This document shows, piece by piece, positions 1 to 8,384 of a stretch of 37,630 bases of DNA. The notes beneath the pieces were generated by a model. The model searched no databases. It was not told the origin of the DNA and worked only from the letters and a program-made list of their open reading frames with translations. The position numbers and the translations under genes were made by a program. Each line of letters begins with the position of its first letter. Position 1 is the first letter of the stretch. This DNA is from Patescibacteria group bacterium (GTDB lineage: Bacteria; Patescibacteriota; Minisyncoccia; Phycocordibacterales; PALSA-1337): contig JBBTRA010000012.1 of NCBI GenBank assembly GCA_038065415.1, positions 1 through 37,630 on the forward strand. Reading direction: 5' to 3'.

Positions 1-69
1 GTAGTTCAATGGATAGAACAGTTCCGTCCTAAGGAATAGATGTAGGTTCGATTCCTACCGAGGGCACCA
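1..69 (+). tRNA. tRNA-Arg (anticodon CCT), 5' end cut by the window edge
   Basis: The sequence reads as a D-arm GTAGTTCAATGGATAGAAC, an anticodon arm GTTCC-GTCCTAA-GGAAT (positions 34-36 = CCT), a T-arm GTAGG-TTCGATT-CCTAC, and a 3' acceptor CGAGGGC + A + CCA ending at 69. The first ~6 nt of the acceptor stem lie outside the window. Confidence 0.85.
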
Positions 70-117
70 AATAAAAAGAGCTTGCAGCGTATCGCTACGC
101 CACAAGCCCGTACTCAC

Positions 118-1290
118 TCATCCTTGCAACTTCTTGATCGACCGCTCAAGATTCTTTCGTGCCGCACTTTCGTAGCGAAGCCGGAAAAAATCTGTCGCAT
201 AGATGGTCGGCCGAGCCAAGAATGATCTCAGAATCTCGGTTCGTTTGGTTGCGAACTCGCCTTCAGGAACATGTGCATATTCCTTGCGGATGCCTGCCTC
301 ATAGAGATCGAACTCCGCAGCTGGTCGGCCAAGAATGGCCAGATCGAGATCAACGATGATCTCACCCTCGAGTGCGTGCGGCGGGCCCGTGTGCTTGGTC
401 GACATGATGAGATCAGACACTTTTTCCTGCATGCTCTTGAGTTGAGCGCGATTGAGCTTGCACCTCTCCAAGAACATGCATGCCAATTCCGCGCTTACTT
501 CTTCGTTGTTACCCGCTTTGGGACTATAGACCGCATCATGAAACCAGGTCGCCAAAGCGATCACTTCATAATCAGGCATGAAAGCACCTGCAGGATACCC
601 TAGACGGAAGTCTTCAAGTTCATCCAACATCCCCACAATGTGAGCAAGGTTGTGATAATGACGGTCGAGTTCTCCATAATTACTCACCAGCCCAGCGAAA
701 GTTTTTTCGGCTGTGGGAGGATTACCGAATCGAGGCATGAGCCCAGCCCAGTACCCTTTTGCTTTCCTGATAATCCATTTATCTTTGAGCTTGGCCGCAA
801 CTGCCGCTGGTACTGACCGGGCGACTTGCACTTCCCATCCTGGATCAATCCCGACATGCCCCTTCACCATGCTCGAGCTCACATGCATAAGCTCAGGTCG
901 GCACGAAACCAGCATGGTTTCGATGTGAGGACAGATCGCGCGATTTTCTTCTGCCAAGACCTGCTCGACTTCGAGATCGCTGGAGTTCCGTAAGCCGCGA
1001 ATGATAACCTGTGCACCGATCGAATCGGCGTGTTTGACCACATAGCGCCCAACACAGACATCCACCGAAACATTCGACAGGTGTGCGACGGCGGCTTTAG
1101 TCATGCTTGCCCGTTCTTCGGAGCTGAATGTATAGGTCTTCCGTGCGTCCACCGCCACAATCACGACTACTTCGTCATAGAGTGGCGCCATCCGGTTGAT
1201 GACATCAATATGTCCATTGGTGATTGGATCGAGACTGGCCGCGTATACCGCTTTTCGTATTTTCATATCTGGCGTGTTTATTCCTTTCAA
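118..1290 (-). CDS. coaD: Phosphopantetheine adenylyltransferase (CoaD) fused to a C-terminal HD-superfamily phosphohydrolase-like domain
   Basis: The N-terminal ~160 aa has the PPAT signature AVYAASLDPITNGHIDVI ... RGLRNSSDLEVE ... HVSSSMVK. The C-terminal ~220 aa carries HD-type motifs (HYHNLAHIVGMLDEL, WFHDAVY, DLDLAILG). The whole is a single uninterrupted 390-aa ORF. Confidence 0.8.
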   Translation of the reverse strand: MKGINTPDMKIRKAVYAASLDPITNGHIDVINRMAPLYDEVVVIVAVDARKTYTFSSEERASMTKAAVAHLSNVSVDVCVGRYVVKHADSIGAQVIIRGLRNSSDLEVEQVLAEENRAICPHIETMLVSCRPELMHVSSSMVKGHVGIDPGWEVQVARSVPAAVAAKLKDKWIIRKAKGYWAGLMPRFGNPPTAEKTFAGLVSNYGELDRHYHNLAHIVGMLDELEDFRLGYPAGAFMPDYEVIALATWFHDAVYSPKAGNNEEVSAELACMFLERCKLNRAQLKSMQEKVSDLIMSTKHTGPPHALEGEIIVDLDLAILGRPAAEFDLYEAGIRKEYAHVPEGEFATKRTEILRSFLARPTIYATDFFRLRYESAARKNLERSIKKLQG

Positions 1291-1373
1291 TGTTCAAAAT
1301 GACTCTACTTTAATTTCAAAGTACCATGAACACACCATTTGTCAATGGTGTGCACTGGAAATAAAATCTGAGC

Positions 1374-2012
1374 CTACTTATTACCCCCGAGAGCAACTTT
1401 GATACCCAAAGCGATGAGAACAACGCCGGTTGCCCGTTCGACATAATGCTGGACTCGAGTAATCTTGGCTTTAATAATCGTGTTCGAGAAAACAAGAGCA
1501 AGGAGAGCAAACCAGACAAACGTGATGAACATCATTTCAAGACCAAACAGCGACTGTATATATTTCGGAGTCATAGGATTGATAACCTGAGTGAACAACG
1601 CCAAGAAAAAGAGTGTTGCCTTGGGATTGAGTACATTGGTCAAGAAACCATTCCAAATAGCCTGCATCGAGGACATCTGTTTTTCAGGTTGAACTACCGA
1701 CGATATTTCAGAGGGGGGTGCAGGTTTTGCCCTGAGGGATTTGTAGCCGATGTATATGAGATACCCAGCGCCGACGAACTTGATTGCATTGAAGATAACT
1801 ACGGATTGGGATATGACCAAGCCGATGCCCAGTAATGAGTACGCAACATGAATAGAAATACCCAGTGCGATACCGAGAGCGGTATATATTCCCGCCTTTC
1901 GCGAATACACGAGGCTATTTTTTGTAACGACCGCAAAATCAGGTCCAGGACTTGCAACTGCAAAAAAATGAACGAGTGCAACGGTGAGAAATTGTGCGAT
2001 GAACATACTCAT
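1374..2012 (-). CDS. LysE/RhtB-family amino-acid exporter
   Basis: A 212-aa polytopic membrane protein. The N-terminus FLTVALVHFFAVASPGPDFAVV (the SPGP motif) and the overall size are typical of the LysE/RhtB family. Confidence 0.8.
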   Translation of the reverse strand: MSMFIAQFLTVALVHFFAVASPGPDFAVVTKNSLVYSRKAGIYTALGIALGISIHVAYSLLGIGLVISQSVVIFNAIKFVGAGYLIYIGYKSLRAKPAPPSEISSVVQPEKQMSSMQAIWNGFLTNVLNPKATLFFLALFTQVINPMTPKYIQSLFGLEMMFITFVWFALLALVFSNTIIKAKITRVQHYVERATGVVLIALGIKVALGGNK

Positions 2013-2052
2013 ACCCTAAATAGTACTTGGTTACAAGAAGAAATCAACTCTA

Positions 2053-3042
2053 TCATTCCTCATCATCCATATCTTCTCCACTCGCAACACCACCGCTCTT
2101 CTCGAACTCTTTGAGAGCTTCAGTGATCGGATCAAATTTGCCAAGCATGATGCCGGGAAGGTTATGCCATGACTGCTTGATGCGATGATCAGTCACACGA
2201 TCCTGCGGGAAGTTGTAGGTGCGAATCTTCTCTGAACGTGAACCCGTACCGATCTGACCCTTGCGGTTAGCAGCGAACTTCTGAGCCTCTTCTTCTTCTT
2301 GGCGTGCCTCGAGCTTGGCGGTGAGGATCTGAAGTGCAAGCTCGCGATTGGCACCCTGACTACGCTCAGCAGTCGAACGCACATCGATACCCGTCGGCTT
2401 ATGAATCAAGCGCACGGCTGATTCCACTTTGTTCACGTTCTGTCCCCCTTTGCCACCAGCACGCGAAAACTCCATCTCAAGATCGGCTGGATTGATGACA
2501 AACTTGGATTTTTTGCGGATAGGCATGATGGCAACCGTGACTGTCGAGGTGTGCACGCGACCCATCTTCTCGGTCTCAGGGACGCGCTGAACACGATGCA
2601 CACCAGTCTCCCAACGGAGAGTCTCGTAAGCACCCTTGCCCTTGATTTCCATAGATACTTCCTTGTATCCCCCAAGGTCATTCTTGGACTCATCGATGAT
2701 CTTGGTCTTCCAACCTTTGATCTCGGCGTATCTCTTGTACATGTCGAATAGCTCCGCAGCAAAGAGGGCCGCCTCATCACCGCCGGCACCAGCACGAATT
2801 TCCATGATCATCTCTTTGGGGATTTCATCTTCTGCAATATCACCCGCAAGGATTTCTGCCATCTCCTTTTCGAGAGAATCTTTTTGTTCGACGATCGAGG
2901 TGAGCTCATGCTCAGCCATCTCTTTCATCGACGGATCCGCTGCGATCATGCCTCGCACCTCTCCCTCTTCTTTGGCAAGCTTCTCATAGAGGCCCGCCAT
3001 GAATGCGGTCTTGGGGTTTGCTTTGTAGGGGTCGAGATTCAT
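2053..3042 (-). CDS. prfA: Peptide chain release factor 1
   Basis: GGQ motif ([24 protein letters not shown]). The RF1-type PxT tripeptide context [18 protein letters not shown] is present, with no RF2 SPF motif. At 329 aa it is somewhat short. Confidence 0.9.
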   Translation of the reverse strand: MNLDPYKANPKTAFMAGLYEKLAKEEGEVRGMIAADPSMKEMAEHELTSIVEQKDSLEKEMAEILAGDIAEDEIPKEMIMEIRAGAGGDEAALFAAELFDMYKRYAEIKGWKTKIIDESKNDLGGYKEVSMEIKGKGAYETLRWETGVHRVQRVPETEKMGRVHTSTVTVAIMPIRKKSKFVINPADLEMEFSRAGGKGGQNVNKVESAVRLIHKPTGIDVRSTAERSQGANRELALQILTAKLEARQEEEEAQKFAANRKGQIGTGSRSEKIRTYNFPQDRVTDHRIKQSWHNLPGIMLGKFDPITEALKEFEKSGGVASGEDMDDEE

Positions 3043-3074
3043 GGGATAAGTATAGGCTATCGGCTGTAAACTAC

Positions 3075-3102
3075 AAAACGAGACGCTCTCACGTCTCGTT
3101 TT
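3075..3102 (-). terminator. Intrinsic terminator hairpin downstream of rpmE
   Basis: AAAACGAGACG-ctctca-CGTCTCGTTTT forms a perfect 11-bp stem with A/T runs on both sides. It lies 19 nt past the rpmE stop. Confidence 0.7.
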
Positions 3103-3120
3103 GGAATTTCTTGGCTGTAT

Positions 3121-3375
3121 CTATTTCTTCGACTTTGCGAGACGATTCTTGAACTTCTCAACGCGGCCAGCAGTGTCGATAGTCTTCTCCTGGTTCGTAT
3201 AGAACGGATGAGATGCGCTTGAGATCTCAACATAGTGCACAGGATACTCCTTACCATCTGTCCACTTGGCATTCTCCTTGGTAGCAATGGTTGAAGGTAT
3301 CAAAAACTTCACGCCGCTGGAGTTGTCAGCGAAGATGACCTGGCGATAATTCTCTGGGTGGATTTCCTTTTTCAT
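3121..3375 (-). CDS. rpmE: 50S ribosomal protein L31, type B (no Cys motif)
   Basis: MKKEIHPENYRQVIF...SHPFYTNQEKTIDTAGRVEKFKNR. There is no CxxC, hence type B. The start was trimmed from the ORF-track start (3411) to the ATG at 3375, which sits 7 nt after a TATATT box. Confidence 0.9.
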   Translation of the reverse strand: MKKEIHPENYRQVIFADNSSGVKFLIPSTIATKENAKWTDGKEYPVHYVEISSASHPFYTNQEKTIDTAGRVEKFKNRLAKSKK

Positions 3376-3436
3376 GCCTGAGAATATAACATGAAGGCCC
3401 AAGAAGAGCAAGTTTATCTACAGGCTGAAAATTCTC

Positions 3437-3445
3437 TGCTATAAT
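3437..3445 (+). promoter_or_regulatory. Extended -10 box (TGcTATAAT) 10 nt upstream of the MFS start codon
   Basis: TGC TATAAT at 3437-3445 and ATG at 3456. This implies a leaderless or near-leaderless mRNA. Confidence 0.5.
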
Positions 3446-3455
3446 ATACCTCATC

Positions 3456-4625
3456 ATGAGCACACCCGTCTCCCGTTCGCACACGGTTTACACGATCGCC
3501 GTCATCGGTTTCATATATACCCTCCATGTCGTACTGCCGATGTACTCGAACTCGAGCTTCCTCTCACTTTTCGCTGATGAACGCACAGTTGGATTCATCT
3601 ACATGGCAGGCGCGATGGTTGCCATTCTTGGATACCTGTTGGCACCCTATGTCATCCGCCGCTTCGGTAATTATGCCACCTCAGTCGCACTTATTTGTAT
3701 ACAAATTGCTCTCTTCTGGGGGATTATTTCTGCTGAGTCCGGTACGAGTATTGCCATCCTCTTCATCCTGCAATCTGCCGTCGTCTCATTGATCGGTCTC
3801 ACTCTGGATATTTTCTTGGAACGGTACACCGACGGTCAACATGTCGGATCAGTGCGCGGATTCTACACGACCGTTCTCAATGCCTCCTGGCTCATAGGTC
3901 CACTCCTCGGCGGCATGCTCATCAATGGCGTGGATAACTACCGCGATACCTATGTGGCAGCACTTGCGATGCTATTCCCACTCCTCTATCTCATCCACCG
4001 CAATTTTCCACGTTTCAAAGATGCCACCTACATGCATCTCTCACCGTGGCAGCTAGTTCAACACATTTCTTCAAATCGCAATTGGGTCAAACTCTTCTTT
4101 GGCAACCTGATTCTCCAAACCTTCTATGCATGGATGGTCATCTATAGCCCAATCTACCTACACAAGACCATTGGCTTCACCTGGGAACAGATCGGTATCA
4201 TTCTCACGGTGATGCTTATACCGTTTGCACTCATCCAATATCCACTGGGGCGTTTGGCAGATAAAAAGTATGGCGAAAAGGAAATCATGGCTATCGGCTT
4301 CGGCATTATGGGTCTCTCTACCATTGCCTTGTCACTCATCACTTCACACAGTGTCGTCGTCTGGGCGATCGCACTCTTCATCACCCGTATCGGCGCAGCT
4401 GCAGTCGAAATCATGATGGAGACATACTTCTTCAAAACAGTCTCCTCGCGCGACACTGCCACCCTTGGCATATTCCGCATCACTCGTCCTGTCTCGAACT
4501 TCATCGCACCACTCATCACGGGCGCCGCACTCCTCTTCACCACCCATGAATACCTATTTGTTGTCATTGGCGTAATCTCACTCATCGGACTCTATCCGGC
4601 ACTGACGATCAAGGACACGAAATAA
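3456..4625 (+). CDS. MFS transporter
   Basis: A 389-aa protein with about 12 predicted TM segments arranged as two 6-TM halves. It has typical MFS loop content (GRLADKKYGEKE between TM segments). Confidence 0.8.
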   Translation: MSTPVSRSHTVYTIAVIGFIYTLHVVLPMYSNSSFLSLFADERTVGFIYMAGAMVAILGYLLAPYVIRRFGNYATSVALICIQIALFWGIISAESGTSIAILFILQSAVVSLIGLTLDIFLERYTDGQHVGSVRGFYTTVLNASWLIGPLLGGMLINGVDNYRDTYVAALAMLFPLLYLIHRNFPRFKDATYMHLSPWQLVQHISSNRNWVKLFFGNLILQTFYAWMVIYSPIYLHKTIGFTWEQIGIILTVMLIPFALIQYPLGRLADKKYGEKEIMAIGFGIMGLSTIALSLITSHSVVVWAIALFITRIGAAAVEIMMETYFFKTVSSRDTATLGIFRITRPVSNFIAPLITGAALLFTTHEYLFVVIGVISLIGLYPALTIKDTK

Positions 4626-4626
4626 C

Positions 4627-4654
4627 AAAAATCCCGCTCGTGCGGGATTTTTTT
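4627..4654. terminator. Bidirectional intrinsic terminator between convergent genes
   Basis: AAAAATCCCGC-tcgt-GCGGGATTTTT followed by further Ts. It is flanked by the MFS stop (4625) and the methyltransferase stop (4657). Confidence 0.85.
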
Positions 4655-4656
4655 GG

Positions 4657-5469
4657 CTATATCTTCTTCGCTTCGAGACAGAGAAACATCGGTATCTCCT
4701 TCCTCATACGATCCTCTTCCGCCCCACGCGGTCCATTCTGGCTCTTCTTGTGAGAAATCCACTCTTCAAGACGCGTTACTGCCAACCCTGATTTATTGAG
4801 ATGCTTGAAGAATACCTGTAGTGGCCTATGAAAGGACACGGTGAACTTCTTTTTCTTGGTATCACGCTCACCTGGTGTCATGTCTATCTCGATCTTCGCA
4901 TCTGACATATATGCATCGAGGCGACGATACTGTGCGGACGCGTTGTCATCCCATCCCCAATCTGATCTCTGTGGTATACGAAACGCCGGATGATTCACGA
5001 CGAAGACAAGTTTGCCACCCGGTTTGAGTACGCGAGAAACCTCCGCAAATGTTCCCTGGAGATTCTCTATATTCTGCAATGCAAGAATGATCGTGACGAC
5101 ATCCATAGATTCATTACCCATAAATGAAAGGTTGTCTGCAGGTGCAACATAGTATTCGACAGATGCTACAGCACCTCCATTGCCATCAGCTTTTCCTTCT
5201 GCGCCCTTGTATGCGCGCGCCTTCTCTACCAGTTCAGCAGAAATATCACTTGCCACAACATCAGCGCCATTGTTCGCAAATGCACGGCTGAAATATCCCT
5301 GTCCACAGGCAACATCAAGAATCGCCATACCCTTCTTGGGTTCGACAATACGAATGAGATTGGGCATCAAAACATTCTTCTGATATGAGTCAGGGTTCTG
5401 CTCAAGAAGGTCGTCGTACCATTCAGCGACGCCGCCCCAGGAGGTTGTGGTTGGTTTCTTCGGATTCAT
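4657..5469 (-). CDS. Class I SAM-dependent methyltransferase
   Basis: Motif I ILDVACGQGYF, then the acidic post-I residue VVASDIS, then VLKPGGKLVFVVNHP. This is the Methyltransf_11/25-like architecture. Confidence 0.8.
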   Translation of the reverse strand: MNPKKPTTTSWGGVAEWYDDLLEQNPDSYQKNVLMPNLIRIVEPKKGMAILDVACGQGYFSRAFANNGADVVASDISAELVEKARAYKGAEGKADGNGGAVASVEYYVAPADNLSFMGNESMDVVTIILALQNIENLQGTFAEVSRVLKPGGKLVFVVNHPAFRIPQRSDWGWDDNASAQYRRLDAYMSDAKIEIDMTPGERDTKKKKFTVSFHRPLQVFFKHLNKSGLAVTRLEEWISHKKSQNGPRGAEEDRMRKEIPMFLCLEAKKI

Positions 5470-5497
5470 GGCTCAACGATAGCATATTCTTGAGATA

Positions 5498-5526
5498 TTG
5501 CCCAAAATCACACCCTATGTTATATT
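5498..5526 (+). promoter_or_regulatory. Promoter-like element for rpsU (TTGCCC-17-TATATT)
   Basis: -35 at 5498-5503, a 17-nt spacer, and -10 at 5521-5526. The ATG at 5535 is only 8 nt downstream of the -10. Confidence 0.5.
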
Positions 5527-5534
5527 ATTCACCT

Positions 5535-5783
5535 ATGATAAATGCAGAAGTAACACGCAACCCCAACGAGAACGCCCTTGGCGTGATTCGCCGCTTTACC
5601 CGCAAAGTGCAGGGTTCAGGCATCATCCAGCGCAAGCGCGGTCTCCGTTTCGCGGTACGCACCCAGTCTCCATATAAGGTCAAGGTCAAGACCCTCAAGG
5701 GCATTGCTCGCAGAGCTGAGATGGCAGAGCTCATCAAGCTCGGCAAGGCACCGGTCAAGCCAGAGCGCGGAGCAAGGAAATAA
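5535..5783 (+). CDS. rpsU: 30S ribosomal protein S21
   Basis: MINAEVTRNPNENALGVIRRFTRKVQGSGIIQRKRGLRF... is a basic ~82-aa protein of S21 type. The start was trimmed from the ORF-track 5385 to the ATG at 5535. Confidence 0.85.
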   Translation: MINAEVTRNPNENALGVIRRFTRKVQGSGIIQRKRGLRFAVRTQSPYKVKVKTLKGIARRAEMAELIKLGKAPVKPERGARK

Positions 5784-5784
5784 G

Positions 5785-6165
5785 TTGCCCCATTTCACGC
5801 TCATCAATGAGACGAAATCCAAGATCCCCTCGATCCCCTTCGAGGGGATTAAAGATACCTGCTTAGGAAAAAGCTACAAGCTGAACCTCGTGTTCACCAC
5901 CTCTGCAAAGATCAAGAAGCTCAACACCATCTACCGAGACAAAGAATGTGCCACCGACATTCTGAGCTTCCCTATTTCCGATACTGAGGGCGAAATATAC
6001 ATTTCAGAAAAAGAATCTCGCGAAGAGGCAAAGAAGTTCGATCGCGAATACGACAATTTCATCGGTTTTCTGTTCATACACGGTTGTACCCATTTGAAAG
6101 GCCATGACCATGGGGCTATAATGGAGGATATAGAGATCAAGCTTCGCGAGAAGTTTGGTATCTAG
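5785..6165 (+). CDS. ybeY: rRNA maturation endoribonuclease YbeY
   Basis: Zinc motif HGCTHLKGHDH and DILSFP. There is no in-frame ATG upstream of the conserved core. A TTG at 5785 lies 1 nt after the rpsU TAA stop and is the proposed start. Confidence 0.75.
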   Translation: MPHFTLINETKSKIPSIPFEGIKDTCLGKSYKLNLVFTTSAKIKKLNTIYRDKECATDILSFPISDTEGEIYISEKESREEAKKFDREYDNFIGFLFIHGCTHLKGHDHGAIMEDIEIKLREKFGI

Positions 6166-6173
6166 CTCCCCAT

Positions 6174-7355
6174 ATGGCCCGTAACATAATCACCGGTATT
6201 GATATCGGCACCTACTACGTCAAAGTGGTTATTGCCAATTCCAAAGAGCGCACCGAGCGCGGCTTTCCTAAAATCGTGGGCGTCGGTGTCACAGAATCCC
6301 GTGGCCTCCGCCATGGCTATGTCACCAACGTCCGCGATGTAGCAGAGAGTATCAGGAAGGCGGTAGCCATCGCTGAGGACAAAGCTGGTATCAAGATCAA
6401 GAAGGCCTTCGTCGGCGTCGGTGGTATCGGTCTCGGCTCTACTGCGGTCACCAGCACCATCATTACGTCACGCGCTGATGCAGAGATCACTGAGATCGAT
6501 CTCAAGAATCTCCAAGAGCAGTGTGAGAAAGACATCCCTCAAGCAGCTCGTGCCAATCGACGCATCATCTACGATATACCGCTCCAGTACAAGATAGACA
6601 ATTTCCCTTCGCTCGGGGCTCCGCTCGGTATGACCGCCAACAAGATCGAGCAGAAGACGCTCTTCATCACCTGTCTCGAACACCATGTCGCCGATCTTAT
6701 TGCCGCTGTAAATGAAGCAGGTATCGCCGTCGAGGATGTCATGGCTGCCCCAATTGCTGCCGGATTCGTCACTCTGTCCAAGACCCAGAAAATTGCCGGG
6801 TGCGTACTCGCGAATATCGGCGCAGAGACAGTATCCATCGCAGTTTTTGAGAATAACATCCCAACCTCGCTCGAAGTGTTCCCACTCGGCTCCACCGACA
6901 TCACCAATGACATCGCACTCGGCCTGAAGGTTCCACTCGAAGAAGCTGAGCAGATCAAGATCGGCGCCATCACCGGTTCCTCATATCCTCGCAAGAAGTT
7001 GGAAGAGATCATCGGTGCACGACTTTCCGATATATTTGAACTCATCGAAGCCCATCTCAAGAAAATCGGCAGGAATGGTCTCTTACCAGCCGGCGTCATC
7101 ATCACTGGTGGCGGCTCCGCCTTGAACTCGATCGATGACCTCGCCAAAGCTTCACTTAAACTCCCTGCACGCATCGGCTCCATCGGGAACATCGATGGTA
7201 AGTCTTCATTCAAGGACAATCCTCTCGCAGTCGCCTACGGACTTTGCATTTGGGGCATTCACGCCGAGGAAACTCCTGAGATCGACACGACCAAGGAGTT
7301 CTTTGTACATCTGACCAAGCGTGTGAAGAGGTGGTTCAAGCAGTTGATGCCATAA
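6174..7355 (+). CDS. ftsA: Cell division protein FtsA
   Basis: Actin/HSP70-fold signatures: ITGIDIGTYYVKVV, VGVGGIGLGS, VLANIGAETVSIAVF and GVIITGGGSAL. It sits upstream of ftsZ. Confidence 0.9.
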   Translation: MARNIITGIDIGTYYVKVVIANSKERTERGFPKIVGVGVTESRGLRHGYVTNVRDVAESIRKAVAIAEDKAGIKIKKAFVGVGGIGLGSTAVTSTIITSRADAEITEIDLKNLQEQCEKDIPQAARANRRIIYDIPLQYKIDNFPSLGAPLGMTANKIEQKTLFITCLEHHVADLIAAVNEAGIAVEDVMAAPIAAGFVTLSKTQKIAGCVLANIGAETVSIAVFENNIPTSLEVFPLGSTDITNDIALGLKVPLEEAEQIKIGAITGSSYPRKKLEEIIGARLSDIFELIEAHLKKIGRNGLLPAGVIITGGGSALNSIDDLAKASLKLPARIGSIGNIDGKSSFKDNPLAVAYGLCIWGIHAEETPEIDTTKEFFVHLTKRVKRWFKQLMP

Positions 7356-7359
7356 CTGT

Positions 7360-8223
7360 ATGAAATCTTATAGGCCTGGAACATTTGATAGTCGAGTAAT
7401 ACAATATGAAAAAGTCCATCAAATAACAGTTGAACAGATTTCTGCTCTTGAAGATGCTGTCGGGCTCAAAATTGATCAGAAAATTCTAGACGGTTGCTGT
7501 GGTTACGGGAGTGTTACTAAATGGCTTATTACAGATACAAACAAGCAGGTAACTGATACTTGTCAGTTTTTTCTTTTTGATGATAGTCCTGTGCAAATCG
7601 AGCGTGCCAAAGAGAATTTAGCAAACGAAACTAATATAAAATTTGAGATCGGTGACATACGATCACTACCTTATGAGGATAATTTTTTTGATACTGTTAT
7701 CATCAAGATGGGGCTCCATGAAAATCCAAAGGTTGATCAAATTAAAATCATCGCGGAAGTATTTAGGGTACTTAAGCCTGGTGGGAAATTTGTTATTTGG
7801 GAACTATACCTCAATCATTTAACCCAACCGATATTCCAATCATTCATACAAAAGAAGGATGAACTAGCTGGATTTAACGCACTAGTCCAGAAAAGGTACT
7901 TTCCACGAAAAGATGAGCTGCGGGAAGCGCTCGATACGACCGGTTTTATGGGTTTTACTGAGCACTATGTATTCAATCCTGTTTTGGGTACAAAAGTAAG
8001 ATCCGGCGAATTAATTTCTCGTGAACTCAAAGAACAGAATCTTTCGGAGCCGAATGAAAAACTACTTACTATTGCAAAGGAACGTTTGGATTTGCTTAAT
8101 AATTTTTTCAGAAACAGTCTCTCGACTGAACAGAAGAACACTATAAATTTCAAGGATGAAGGAGACAACATAACTATTTACAATATCGATAAGGCAATTA
8201 TCAGTGCCCTTAAGCCTCAATAG
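7360..8223 (+). CDS. Class I SAM-dependent methyltransferase (low-GC gene inserted between ftsA and ftsZ)
   Basis: ILDGCCGYGSVTKWL (motif I), FDTVIIKMGLHE and VLKPGGKFVIWE. Hand-counted 60-nt blocks give about 35-43% GC, against about 45-50% for the neighbours. Confidence 0.75.
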   Translation: MKSYRPGTFDSRVIQYEKVHQITVEQISALEDAVGLKIDQKILDGCCGYGSVTKWLITDTNKQVTDTCQFFLFDDSPVQIERAKENLANETNIKFEIGDIRSLPYEDNFFDTVIIKMGLHENPKVDQIKIIAEVFRVLKPGGKFVIWELYLNHLTQPIFQSFIQKKDELAGFNALVQKRYFPRKDELREALDTTGFMGFTEHYVFNPVLGTKVRSGELISRELKEQNLSEPNEKLLTIAKERLDLLNNFFRNSLSTEQKNTINFKDEGDNITIYNIDKAIISALKPQ

Positions 8224-8328
8224 GTTAGCCAACAACACCCACAATCCCCTTTCCCGTCAACTTGCACCATTTTCAGGGCTTGGTATCATAGTAGCGTTAC
8301 CTGAACGTTTGCAGTGAAATAATTTTTT

Positions 8329-8348
8329 AAGTGGCTCACCAGCCACTT
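8329..8348 (+). terminator. Hairpin plus T-rich tail upstream of ftsZ (terminator or attenuator)
   Basis: AAGTGGCT-cacc-AGCCACTT followed by TTCATTTTTC. It lies between the inserted methyltransferase gene and the ftsZ -10 box. Confidence 0.4.
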
Positions 8349-8384
8349 TTCATTTTTCATAGCGATACGGTACACTACCCACAC

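Noticed and set aside
6569-7219. A 216-aa antisense ORF within ftsA. Similar long antisense ORFs occur at 8957-9652 within ftsZ, 21278-21865 within the GNAT gene, 22302-22919 within gyrB, 13027-13512 within capA, and 36198-37276 within the DUF5667 gene.
   Set aside because: Each one overlaps a strongly supported gene on the opposite strand and shows low-complexity S/A/R/P-rich translation. These are typical shadow frames in moderately GC-rich coding DNA.
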